The translations under genes and the position numbers were made by a program. The notes under the pieces are model-generated. The model was not told the origin of the DNA, did not search any database, and saw nothing but the letters and a program-made list of their open reading frames with translations. Positions 12,981-25,118 of a stretch of 64,000 nt of DNA are shown here, in pieces (positions within the stretch are counted from its first letter, which is position 1; each line of letters starts with the position of its first letter). The DNA lies in NCBI RefSeq assembly GCF_000143415.4, contig NW_003314316.1, forward strand, positions 936,669 to 1,000,668, read 5' to 3'. The DNA comes from Selaginella moellendorffii. Taxonomy: Eukaryota; Plantae; Lycopodiophyta.

Positions 12981-14095
12981 AAGTGCAATGCACAATAATT
13001 TTTCTAAAAATGAATTTATATAATTTTTACTCTAACAAAACCCATTGGTTGTTTCAAAGTTTTAAGAGATCATCTTCCATTTGATTGAAAGATGTTTTGG
13101 ATCAACTTTTTGGGGAGAATTTGCTGCTGCTGCTTTTTTCGTTGCTAGACAGCTGCTAGTACACCAAGCAAAGGCTAAGGGCACATGAATCCAAATGTGT
13201 TTCCCACACTCGAGAATCGCTAGGATAAGTATAATACACTTGAATTATATTTCGTATTTCAGGCTGGCCATGATGGAAAAGTAATGCAAGCAATCTCTAC
13301 CTGCCCCCTCTCTTACATGGCTACCCCTTTACACGCTAACTCCTCCTTCCATGGCACACTAAATTAATAACATTAAACTTTAATTAGTAGATGTTGTTAA
13401 CAGATATGTTAATGACTATAATTTTATAATTAAGTGAATGAACGGCTATAATTTATAAGTATTTAACTTACACTTGGTTTAGGTTTTCCCTTTAGTATTA
13501 TGGCTAGATTGGAAAATGTAGATCATGCTTAAAATAGTAATTTTTCTTTTTCTGATCTTATTGAGAGAACTAATAGTAAAGTAAATTCTTTTACTTTTTG
13601 TATTACAGTTGGTCTTCTTCCAGAAGAGAGAGAATGTGAAAAATGTCATCAGCCAATAAGATATCAATCTAATAATCGAGGTTGTAAAAATGGTCTGAAG
13701 TGGAATTGTAAAAATTGCAATACCACAAGATCTCTTAGAATTAGTATTTGGTTTGCAAATAATAATTTCACATTTGCTCAAATTCTTAGAATGATGTATT
13801 ATTAGTGCATTAAAATGCCACAAGATCAAACTCATATTAAGTGTAATATTAAAAGTGAGCATATAATAACAAATTGGTACAACTTTTGTAGTGATATTTG
13901 TGTTATCACATTACAACAAGGTAATCAAAAGATTGGTGGTCCAAGAAGAATTGTGGAAATTGATAAAAGTACATTTAATAAGTGGAAATATAATTGTGGT
14001 AAAGAGTAGAAGGTCAATACACCTTTGGAAGAATTGAGCATGATTCAGATTAAATATTTATGGTTCTGGTGGCCGATCGTATCACAAACTTTAGT

Positions 14096-14227
<132 letters not shown>

Positions 14228-14366
14228 TAATATTAGCGTAGTAGATTTTGGTAGCCGTCGGATTGGTTTCAATCCGGACCACTCGCTCCTGTATATAAGC
14301 TAGGGTTTTTGGGCTAATTGATATGCACATTTCTGTATTCCCTTTATATATTCCATGCACTCACAT

Positions 14367-14382
14367 TGGTGGAGATGAGGGG
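14367..14382 (+). promoter_or_regulatory. Primer-binding site complementary to tRNA-Ala 3' end
   Basis: TGGTGGAGATGAGGGG directly after the 5' LTR. It is complementary to ...CCCCGCATCTCCACCA of plant tRNA-Ala with one mismatch. Confidence 0.8.
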
Positions 14383-14599
14383 CACCTTTGATTGTCCTTG
14401 GGGAGTGCTTGGATTTGGGATTTCGGTTTAAATCTAGCTTTTGCATCGTCTAGATCTAGCTTTTTCCATTTTCTTTCTTTTGTTCTTTCCTTTCAGGATT
14501 TTGGTTTCGATCTAGCTTTTTGCATTGTCTAGATCTACCATTTCTTTCCAGCTTTTTTGTCATTTCTCTTCTTTTGCTCTTTCTTTTTCGTTCATCTTC

Positions 14600-15538
14600 A
14601 TGGCCGATCCGCAATCTCCTCCTTTGACTCTAGAGCAGCAGTTGGTTCAATTGCTTGATGCTATGCGCTTGCAATTGAACAACCAAACTCAGTTGATGGC
14701 GGCGTTCACGGCACATGGTACAACTCCTCCTGCTCTTGGTGCCAATCCTCGCGTTCGGCCAGAGTTCTTTCGCGGGAATCCTGGGGATGATGTGTACCAT
14801 TGGTTCGATCACTTTACGGTGATTGCCACATATCATTCTTGGGATGATGCTCGACGGTTGCGTGAGTTTCCCACGTGTTTCCAAGGGACGGCATTGCAGT
14901 GGTACAATGGTTTGAGCGCAACTACTCGTGGGGATTGGAGTGTTCTCCCGGACGTCTTCAAACGCGCCTTCGGACATGCCGATGATTGTGATGATGCTTT
15001 CCAACAATTGCATCGTCTTCGCCAAGGGCTATCGGAGTCGGTGATGCAATTTGGCGTTCGTTTCCGAAGTCTTTTGCTTCGTGCGGAGCCAAATATGTCG
15101 GAGCGGATCAAGCTAGGAATGTTGTGGCCAGCACTTCGTCAAAATCTTGTCGGACTTGTGCATGCACTTGCTCCTGCCACCCTTGACGATGCTCTTCGCT
15201 TGGCACAACATTATGAGACGTCGCCTCTTCCACTTCTCGCTGCACGTCCTTCCACTCCACTTCCTATGGGTGATGGTCCTGTTCCAATGGAGGTTGATGC
15301 TGCTGCTACTCGAGTCCAAGGACAAGTGCGAGGACGTGGTCGTGGTCGTGGCCGTGATGTTCGCTGCTGGGCGTGTGATGAAGTTGGTCATACTTATCGG
15401 CGTTGCCATCGTTTTCCGGATTGGCGACCTCCATTTCCTGGGTGGAGACCTTGGCGTCAGCAACGTCCCCTGGGTGCTGCTACAGTGGAAGGTCTGGACA
15501 CCGAGATGCATCAGGGAAACGAGGAGTCGCGCGAGTAA
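14600..15538 (+). CDS. gag: Retrotransposon gag with CCHC zinc knuckle
   Basis: Open ORF with a retrotrans-gag core (LRQGLSESVMQF), the PVPMEVD motif and the knuckle CWACDEVGHTYRRC. Confidence 0.9.
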   Translation: MADPQSPPLTLEQQLVQLLDAMRLQLNNQTQLMAAFTAHGTTPPALGANPRVRPEFFRGNPGDDVYHWFDHFTVIATYHSWDDARRLREFPTCFQGTALQWYNGLSATTRGDWSVLPDVFKRAFGHADDCDDAFQQLHRLRQGLSESVMQFGVRFRSLLLRAEPNMSERIKLGMLWPALRQNLVGLVHALAPATLDDALRLAQHYETSPLPLLAARPSTPLPMGDGPVPMEVDAAATRVQGQVRGRGRGRGRDVRCWACDEVGHTYRRCHRFPDWRPPFPGWRPWRQQRPLGAATVEGLDTEMHQGNEESRE

Positions 15539-15577
15539 TGGAGGGACCTTGCGCGAATAAATCAGTGACCCCTCCAT
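15514..15577 (+). promoter_or_regulatory. -1 programmed ribosomal frameshift signal (G GGA AAC + H-type pseudoknot)
   Basis: Slippery heptamer at 15514-15520 in the gag frame, then a 6-nt spacer. Stem 1 is TCGCGCGAG/CTTGCGCGA and stem 2 is ATGGAGGG/CCCTCCAT. pol lies in the -1 frame. Confidence 0.85.
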
Positions 15578-18500
15578 CTTTCTTTCGGGAGTATCATCAA
15601 GGGGTTCACTCGGCACCAGTTCATCCAGTGTTTACTTTCCAAGCTCGTTTTTATAACAAGAAGTCTCCTATTATTCTCTCCGTGTTGGTTGATACAGGTT
15701 CGAGTTTATCTTCTATTGCTCGACCTGTTGCCACACGTTGTCGTCTACACTTGCGTCGTGCGGCAGAACCAGTTTTCATTCTTTATGGCAACGGCCGTAC
15801 ACATGCATGTGCACGGGATGAGGTGGACCTGGTTGTGCGTGTGGGCGATCTCGAGCTTGAGTTGCAGTCGTTGTGGGTGGTGCCGAGTCAAGCTTTTGAC
15901 CTCATTCTTGGTATGGATTGGTTGCAACGCAATCATGCCAAGTGTGATTTTGAGGCTTCTCCCCCTTGTCTCATACTTCCTTATGTTTCATCCATTCCTC
16001 TCACTTCCATACCTTTTCGTCCCTTTACTTCTACCTCTGCTTCCATTACTTTTGTTTCCCCACTCTTTCCTTCTGTGTTTCCATCTTGTTCTGCTTTTCC
16101 CTTTTCCGATCCCTCCGACGATCTTTGTGTTGCAGCAGTTGATCGGCTCATGAAGGAGTATTTTGATCTCTTTGAATTTGACCTATCGTCTGGGGCCAAG
16201 ATTGCCACACGTCATCCAATTCCCACCGGGGATGCTCGTCCAATCAAGGTTCCTGTTCGTCATCGGTCACCTAAGGAGATCAAAATTTTACGAGCAAACG
16301 TCAAGGAAATGTTGGAAAAGGGTGTTATTCGAAAGTCGCGGAGTCCTTGGGCATGTGAACCTCATCTTGTGACGAAGCTTGATGGGAGTATTCATTTCTG
16401 CATCGACTATCGTTCGTTAAAGGAAGTGACCATACCAGATGTGTATCCTCTTCCTCACACTGCTGATCACTTGGATCGTCTGGGGCGAAGTCGTTGGTTC
16501 ACTAAGCTAAATCTTGCTTCTGGGTATTGGTAAGTACCAATGGCCGAAGAAGATATTCCTAAGACTGCTTTTCGTACACCATTTGGTTTGTACGAGTTCT
16601 TGGTGATGCCGTTTGGTTTGAAAAATGCTCCAGCAACTTTCCAGCAGATGATGGACGAGGTTCTTTGCAATATGCCGGAGGTGACTGCTGACTTCATTGA
16701 TGATGTCTTGATCCACTCGGAGGGGACGTGGGAGGAGCACGTTCTTGATGTTTGTAAAGTGTTGGATTGGCTACATGACGTTGGTTTAAAGCTGAAGCGG
16801 TCGAAGTGCGTGTTTGGGTCCAAGGACACAACTTATCTTAGGTACCGTATTTCTCGTGAGGGTTTGCAAGTTGATCCTGACAAACTTGTGGCTGTTTTAA
16901 AGTTCCCTACTCCGAAGTGTGTGAATGATGTGCAGCGCTTTTTGGGTAAGGTGCAGTATCTTGGTCGTTTTGTGGATCATCTTTCCGATCGCACTACACC
17001 ATTGCGAGCGTTGCTGAAGTCATCAACGTCATCTTTCATCTGGTCTCCGGATTGTGAGCGGGCGTTTGTGGATCTCAAAGAGCTATTGACAACTCCTCCG
17101 GTTTTGGCATATCCTGACTACACTCGACCTTTTATTTTGCGCGTGGATGCTTCTGACATTGGTCTTGGAGGTGTGTTGATGCAAGAGAGTTCAAGTGTGC
17201 CTGGTCAGTGCCATCCCATTTCATACATAAGCCGTACATTACAACCAGCGGAGATGAACTACTCCACGACAGAGAAGGAGTGTTTAGCAGCAGTCTGGGG
17301 TTTCGAGAAACTTCATGCATATCTACATGGTTCTCGGACGTTACTTGAAGGTGACCATGCTGCTGTTACTTCATTATTGAAGCGGAAGAACCTGGTTGGT
17401 CGTACGGCTCGATGGGCTTTGAAGCTTCAGATATATGATTTCGATGTTGTTCATCGCCCAGGGAGTTCTATGGCTGATGCTGATGCCCTTTCTCGAGCTC
17501 CTCTTCCTTCTTCACTCACTTCTCATCATTCTGATGAACCTGTTGTTCCAGCATCTGTGGATTTTCTAGATGAGGATTCTGTGCCATCGGCGGTTGCTGC
17601 CCTTGACGTTCAGTGTCCACAGGGTGCAGAGCAAGATCTGCCTTCTCTTGAGGAGGTTCGCGAGGCTCAGAAGATTGAGCCGTGGATTCGAAGGCTTCGA
17701 GATGGGTTTGAGAATCCTGCATCATTTGCTGATGACTTGCCTTTTCGGCATTTATATTCTCAATATCGCCTTGAAGATGGCCTTCTTTATTTTGTGGGGA
17801 CGGATCCTGATGATCATTTACGATTGGTGGTACCTTCAGTGTTTATTCCGCGGTTTCTCCATGCTTACCATGATTCTCCTGTTCTAGGTGGGCATATGGG
17901 ACACCGTCGTGTCACCGAGAAGCTGCGCAGGTCTTTCTATTGGCCGGAGATGCGACGTGATATTATCCGGTATATGCGTAGCTGCGTTTGGTGCCAAGCT
18001 CGTAATACTCCCCCTTGTGCTGCGGAAGGACGGTTGGAGTCAATTGCAGTTTCCCGTCTGTTTGAGTTGGTGGTGTTTGATTTTATGGGACCTTTTCCAC
18101 GATCGACTGCTGGCAATGAGTATGTTACTATTGCTTCTGACTACTTGACTCGTTGGGTGGAAGTTGGTGCTCTTGCTAGTGCCTCTGCAACTGCTGTTGG
18201 ATACTTCCTCCTCAATCAAGTGGTGTTCCAGCATTCTTGTCCAGAGCGGATTCTTTCGGATAATGGTCCTGCATTTATGGCTGAGGTATTTCATGTTTTG
18301 ACATCTCGGTTGGGGATACGCCACACTTTTACGAGTGCTTATCATCCATAATCAGACGGTCTGGTGGAACGGCTCGTTCGGACATTCAAAGGGATGATTT
18401 CGAAGTATGTGAACTTTCAGCATTCGGATTGGGATGGTTATTTGCCGTCTCTTCAATATGCCTATGTCACAGGGGTGCAGAGTTCTGTTGGTGCTTCACC

Positions 18501-19002
18501 ATATAAACTTTTATATGGTCATGATCCAATATTACCAACAGAGTTGGGTTTACCTTCGCGATTGCCACGAGCTCCTGATGCTAGGTCATGGGATCAGTAT
18601 TTGACAAGCATTCTTCCACTTGTCCGAGCAGAGTCTGCTGAACACTTAGGCCGCGTACAAGTGGGACAACAACGGTGCTACAACTCCTATCATCGTCCAT
18701 TTGCGGAGTACAAAGTGGATGATTTGGTGTTAGTCTGTTTTCCCCATCTTACGGTATGTGGTTTATCTAAGGGGCTCCTTGCGCAGTGGAAAGGACCGTA
18801 TCGGGTGTTGCGGCAAGTTGGACCGCAAGTTTATGAGGTTCGGCATGACGTTCAGCAGGCCAATCCTCCGGAGATTGTGCATGTGCAGCGGTTAAAACGC
18901 TTCATACAAAGGGATCAGGAACAGTTAATACCGTCTACAGATCCGCCGATGCCTCCTCCTGACGTTCCTCCAGATCCCGGCCCATCTACAAGAGAACCCT
19001 GA
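15520..19002 (+). pseudogene. pol: pol (protease, RT, RNase H, integrase) with two in-frame TAA stops
   Basis: VDTGSS protease, FCIDYR/MPFGLKNAPATFQ/FIDD RT, VDASD RNase H, HHCC and SDNG integrase. Stops at 16531 and 18349 fall at normally Gln positions (SGYW*V, YHP*SDG). Confidence 0.92.
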
Positions 19003-19759
19003 CGGCCTTCCATTATTCCGAGAGGAGGGGATGATGTGAGGGCCAAGTGTACGGTTACGATGCCGTATACTAATATTAATGTAGTGGATTTTGGTAGCCG
19101 TCGGATTGGTTTCAATCCGGACCACTCGCTCCTGTATATAAGCTAGGGTTTTTGGGTTAATTGATATGCACATTTCTGTATTCCCTTTCCATATTCCATG
19201 CACTCATATAATTAATTTTTTATAATGTTTGTTGGGCTGGTTATGATTCATAGTGGTTGAATCAATTGAACTTTACTTATTATATAGTCAACCACTCTTA
19301 GAATTTTATTGATCCCATGACTAAAATTCATATAAATCATATTGAATTGATATGGAATGCAGTGAAAAGATCCCTTCCTTGCTATGATACAATAAAAGGA
19401 TTATACAACTTTTACTTTCAAAAATATATTTGGCGAAAAATATATTTTGAAATAAAAGAAACTACATTTAATATTTATATAGTCATATTAAGATTCATAA
19501 TCAGGATAATGCTTTATAGTAGAATAAATAGTATAATTGATTTTGTACTTTTAAATACTTAAAAATAATTAACATTAATATATTAGAAGAGGTGATATAA
19601 ATCCAAATAAGCAAACCGGGTGCTGTGTTATGCATTCTAACCCAGCAGAACTGATTCGATCTGCGACGCATCCGCAATCGCCAGGATCGCCACCGCCGCC
19701 TTCCCAGTAGCGCAAAGGCTAAAAGGTTTCTTGCACTACACCCAGGTCGCCAAGATCCG

Positions 19760-20709
19760 GATCAAAGGCATGCTCCCCTGAAATCCCTCTCCGTGAAAGA
19801 CGACGTCAAGGTGGAGCCATTCAGTTCGATGCGGTGGTGGAACCTCTCCAGTGTTACCCCCTCGCTTGTGCCAGAGACGGGCCAGCTACACCGAAGGAGC
19901 GCGTCGTCTTTGTCACCGCCAACGCCTCCGGTTTCCATCTCCTGCGAGCAAAGCTTGCGGGCGCTGAGCGTGCTCATAGAGGAGAGCTTTCGGCCGCTAG
20001 CTAGACACGGTGGTGCGGACTTCTACAGATGCCCACGTCCGTGCTGGACTCGTTTGTCTGCGATGTCACTGCGTATGCCTAGATCAATGCGACGCCGGCG
20101 GCTGGAGAGGATCGCTTCTTGCGCCGGATGGTGGTGAGAGCTGCGCAGTTTTACAAGCTTTCCCCCACAGAGAGGCTGGACAACGAGTGGAAAGTTTGGG
20201 TGAAATTGAAATCAAAGGGCTTTTTTTTATCAAAAAATTGCCTCTTCCTATAACGGCATTCCAAGCCTGGGGGAGCTCAAGAAAGCTGCCAGGCGGTGGC
20301 GATGGTCAGCTGCAGCGGCTGCTTGAGCCGTCGATGCTGGAGAGCTTTGGAGACTTTGTGTGCTTGGATAAGAGGGAGGACGACGAGTACCCGGTGGTGG
20401 TGAAGCAGCTCGTTATCTTCTGCACCGGGAACTCGGAGTCTTTCCGCGAGTTTTTTGGTTGACACTATCAACTGGAGGCGACTGGTGAGGGTGGTGAAGG
20501 ATGTCGTTGGTCGTCGCACAAGTGCCCAGGAGCGGATGTTTGTGTTTCGAGCCTGGGACGTGAGCTCGTCACTTGATTCCAGGGATCAAGTGTTCCTTGA
20601 GGATCCAACCAGGCTTCATGTCTTTCAAGCGGCTCCGAGTAAGCACGCTTTGGCCATAGTGATGATGGCGCTGGGCATGCATTCTTCGTTACGATGTTCC
20701 CATAAGTGA
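19760..20709 (+). pseudogene. GC-rich, coding-like fragment of unknown family, probably a frameshifted pseudogene
   Basis: Coding-like composition with overlapping short ORFs in successive frames (19793-20137, 20010-20462, 20455-20709). No recognisable motif. Confidence 0.3.
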
Positions 20710-21172
20710 AAGCATTTCTTTCACGCTAATGCCCTTGAAGATTGCTGCAGTTGTTGAGCGATCCATTTTCTTGGTTGTAGAGAAACTGCAGACCGGCGTT
20801 ACAATCAAGACGCAAAAAATATTATACCACTCTGCTTTGAACAACAAAAACAGACAATTGAGATTATAACTTACCCATCTCAGCTTTCACGGACAGTCCA
20901 GTGCATTATTTACAATCACACAAACCTCGCCAGCTTTTCAGTCCTACATATGGATTGCTGTCGTTTGAGACGTCTTAGCTACCTTGGCGCAAGAACAAAG
21001 AGCCTTCTTTTAATCATCCTCAAGCGAACTGCAACGATATTTTTATTTCAATTATTTTGTGTAATATTTAGTGAATAACGATAGGCTACAAGTTTATTGT
21101 TTGTTTAGGTAGAATCTAAGTCGCTCCCGATATGCTCAATCACGCTCTCATAGTTGCAAAGCTAGTTTTAAA

Positions 21173-22035
21173 TTATTCTAGGCTTTCAAAGAACCTTTTC
21201 CATCCGACATAAACGCCCTCTACAATGAGTGCCGTGAGATCTGCGGGGTCGCAGGATAATCTAGCCCTCTCAAAGCACCTCGAGTAGACTTCCTTCTCCA
21301 CGAACGGCGGCTCCACCCCACTCGACTTATCCACAAACAAAATATTGGGAGCCAAGATGGTGATGCTTCTCAGTACGTGCGCCAGCATTATCCTTCCCGT
21401 CCTTCCGTTGCCATCCTCAAAGGGATGGATGGACTCGTACTCCCAGAAGAAGCGCCCGGCAAACTTGACAAGGCGCTCCACCCGCTCCAAACCTCTGGGC
21501 ATCGCAAAGATGTCCCGCAGCTCCTTGTTGGATCGATTCATCAGCGCGATGAGGGCGCTCTTGATCTTGTCCGGCTCCAGGAAGTAGTGCTTGTGACCAT
21601 CAATTGTGTACATGTACACTCGCTCACCTCGCATCCTTCCAGCGATCTCGGGATCCACAGTCTCGAGCATGCACTTGTGGGACTCGAGCAGCTTCTTGGT
21701 GCCCAGCCCGGGCATCTCTCGCTCGGTGGCGGACGCCGGGAACCAAGCTCGCAATGCCCGGTGGAGGCAAGAGACATGCTCCAGCCGGTCATCGTCCTGT
21801 TTCCAGCCGCCTTCCTCCTCTTGCAAAGCTCCATTCGCGATGGCCCGCTGCGTCTCTTCCAGCGTCTCAAACCCCTCGCCCTCGATGTGGTTGACTTGGT
21901 AGAGAAACTCCGCCATAGCCTTGCCCAGGCTTTCTTTTCGGGCGCTAGAGACTCGTACCGCCTGAGAAAGGCGTCAATCTCGACCACCATCTCCCTCACG
22001 CTCGGTCCACCACTCCTCCAAAACGGAAGCTCCAT
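21173..22035 (-). CDS. Intronless Fic/DOC (Fido) domain protein, putative AMPylase; either frameshifted near 21930 or starting at ATG 21916
   Basis: Canonical Fic motif HPFEDGNGRTGR and an upstream VNHIEG helix resembling the (S/T)xxxE(G/N) inhibitory motif. The upstream ORF MELPFWR... (22035) is out of frame by one base. Confidence 0.85.
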
Positions 22036-22091
22036 GTCACAAAGAAAGGGAACCCTAAACCGCTTATAAAGCGCAAAAAGGTGGCAGGCAC

Positions 22092-23302
22092 TTAAATATT
22101 CAAAGGATATTCTTTATACCCATAGTTAATGACAGCCTCTCCTCGCATTAAAACACGCATACTCTCCCAGTTGACTTGCAAATCAAGCTTACCACCACGC
22201 TCAGATACCTGGATTTGTTCAACATTAGCAATTGTTTCAGCATTATCCAGTGTTGTTCTTACTTGACAAGCCGAGAGCGTGTTCTTGAGCAGCTTCTTCG
22301 CCCAGTATGGAGCTAATGCGCAGTGAGCACTTCCACAAACTGGATCCTGCGAGCAAAACGCTTTTTACTAAAGAGAACGGAAAACTTCTCTTGTGGGAAG
22401 AGCACGATGTTGATGCTGTACCTCGTTGATGGCAAATCTCGGAGCAAAAAACCGCGAAACAAAATCATACGCTGAATGAGCGCTGGCTTTTGCTGTCACG
22501 AGAAGTCCAAAATCAGAGCAAGCCAAAACCTCGTCGAAGTCTGGTTTTAAGCCCCGTACGTGCTCTTCGGACGAGAGCTCTAGCTGGAAAAATAGCGACA
22601 AACAAACACATTGTTGATACGTATCAGGAAAGAAGCCTTTACTTGCAATGAGATCTCCCCGTCCAGACGTTGAAACGGCGACAACCGAGGCACCACCCAG
22701 AGTTTCAGTCAAGACGAAGTTGGCATTGTCGCAAGGAGAAGTTGTCATGACGGGAAAATCCAGCTCCACTTGGAAACTTTCACTGGACGACGTCCCGATC
22801 TTGCGAGCGGGCAACACTCCAGACTTTGTATTGAATCGAATCAAGTCGCCCTTCACAGCCTTTGTAGCAAAGAGGTAATAAGCCGAGGCCAAAGTTCCAT
22901 GACCGCATAGAGGCACCTATAGGAAAGAAAAGAGTTAAAAAGCACAATGATAAGCTTGATTTAAAGTTACCTCGCATCGAGGAGAAAACCAACGAAGCTC
23001 ATAGTCGAAAGGGGAAATCTCTTCCTCGCTGCTGTTCTTCACAAGGAACGCTGTCTGGGAGACATTGAGCTCCGTCGCTACGCGCTGCATCGACATGGGA
23101 TCAGCTTCACAGGAGAGAACGCAAACCGCCGCTGGATTCCCTCTCAGACCCTCGCCAGTGAATGCATCCACCTGATCAGAGAGAGAGAGGGAGAGAGGAG
23201 AAGGAAGAAGAGGAGATAATCCACCGAAATTTCGATCGAGCGGTAGCTTACCATCACGCATTGGTTGCCGCTGCCGAGATCGGAGGACTCCGCGGGCGCC
23301 AT
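22092..23302 (-). CDS. PhzC/PhzF-like phenazine-biosynthesis/diaminopimelate epimerase-fold protein, ~7 exons
   Basis: VDAFTGEGLRGNPAAVC, ELNVSQTAFL, LRWFSPRCE|VPLCGHGTLASA, FVSRFFAPRFAINE|DPVCGSAHCALAPYW, RGGELDL. Confidence 0.88.
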
Positions 23303-23837
23303 AGCTAGATCGACAAGAAATTCAAAGAACTTGGAGAAAGAAATTAGGGCAGAATCATTCTTATCCCTCCTTTTTGACTTTTTTTCACTGTAGAGATAAA
23401 AGAGTTAAAGCAGATTTATTCTTTTGCCCCTTTGCCCTTTCCTTTCACTTGAAAAGCTTTCGCACCGGACAAAACGACAGCGCAGCTGGAGCGTATCTTA
23501 TCGTATCCAAACCGTATGCTGGAAGAACATACGCTTTTGCACAGCAGCCACTCAAAGCCTCTCCTTCGCCAGACCTTCCTCATCTCAATCCGAGAAAACT
23601 AGGAAAAATTCCACTGCCATCACATTTCCTCGTTGATCCTAGCACAGATCCGAGAGAACTACGAAGAAACTGGAGAAAGAACTCCCAAATTCCTCCAGAT
23701 CTCTCATCCGAGAGAAGGAAGCACACGATTGTGCACGAAAGAATAGGAGTCTTTTAGATGTACAGGCGAAAATTCGGTTCTTCCATCGATGGAAGAACTT
23801 AAAATTCTTGATCGATCGATCGATCGCAATGAGCTAC

Positions 23838-24615
23838 TCACGAGCACAAGCTTGATCCCTGGAGAACATCCGTGACAATCGCGTAGGCCGAGCGAGGAGG
23901 GGGCGAGCTGGGTCGCAGAGCCACGCCCGGTGGATCCAAATGGCTCGTCCCAAATCCAAACGCGTGAAGCCCATCCGGGTGATGGACGCTCGCTTGGCGA
24001 TGCAATCGCTGCAGCTGGCGGCCGAGCTCCGACGCTTGCAAGCGAAGGAGCTGGTTGTCATGGCTGATCTGCGAGAACTGCTGCGATGCCACGCTCAGCT
24101 TGCCAAGAATGTGGCTGTTCTGCGCTCGCAGATCCAGCAGCTGGGATCGCAGCTCCTCCATATGCTGCTGCTTCCTCAGCCTCGATCGACGCGCGGACTC
24201 GCGGTTGGAAAGCATTCGCTTTTGCTTCTTGTCGTCCACGCCCAGGAGCTGCTGGTCCTCTTCCGAGGTGGAGGTCGACGGAGGAACAGAGTGATCCAGA
24301 GCTGGAAGAGCCGGACCGGGAGCGAAATCCCTCTCTGGGCCTGGAACATTGATCACTCTCGATCAGAGCTTGTAAAAACAGTGGATCTTTCTTACCCCCG
24401 GCTGGGAATTTGGGGACGCGATCGACGCTCTTCCAATTCGCTGCGCCGAGATCTTGGATCTGACCTAGGCTCTGCTGCTGGACCTCCAATCTCCACAATG
24501 GGGCAAACAGATCATCCACCGACGGCGTCCTCGGCAGCGCCGATTCCTTGCTAGATCCAGCGCCGCCGCCGTAGATCCCCGCAACACCAGCCTCGGCATC
24601 GTCCCAAGCGCCCAT
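23838..24615 (-). CDS. bZIP transcription factor (C/S1-like), 2 exons (24615-24395, 24341-23838)
   Basis: Basic region KKQKRMLSNRESARRSRLRKQQH followed by a leucine zipper. A GT-AG intron joins exon 1 (LPRTPSVDDLF) in frame. Confidence 0.88.
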
Positions 24616-25118
24616 TCTTCTTGCGTGAAAATGTGGACAAAAGCGAAGATTAGGGTTCTTGTAGCTAGCGCTTTTGTGGACAGGTGGACGTCGCGCAGCC
24701 GTCGGTTAATGGACGGCTGTAGAATGGATGGGGCTGTCGTGGTTGCGTGGCCGAATCGCGGCCGTTGGAGTGGTGGCGTACTCAACTGACAGCACTTATC
24801 CACTCCTCACCTTTTGGATCGTCCATGTGGAATGGATCCAATTAATTTCTCTGGATACTTGTTGCCTTGCTATGGATTCTTATTAAATTTTATTTAATCG
24901 CGTTCGCCGTGGTTTCGTCTATAGATGGGATTCCTTTAGCAAGCCCGCCAGCCAATGGGAGGCATTTTTTACGGGGAACAAAAAAGATGCCCTTCGCCGG
25001 CATTTGCGTCGCGATAGTTACTCAAAGTCTTAGTCAATAGTAGGCAACAACGATTTTTAAACCAACGAAGATTCCATGGCAAAGATACCTGCAAAAAAAC
25101 GTGTAGAATTCAACCTTT

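Noticed and set aside
14367-14382. The tRNA-Ala-like RNAs as dedicated primer for the 14-19 kb retrotransposon
   Set aside because: Beyond the shared 11 nt, the PBS (AGGGG) matches canonical tRNA-Ala (CGGGG) better than the variant (GGAGG).
21920-21945. Programmed -1 frameshift in the Fic gene
   Set aside because: No X XXY YYZ heptamer in frame and no obvious stimulator. An indel or a downstream start is simpler.
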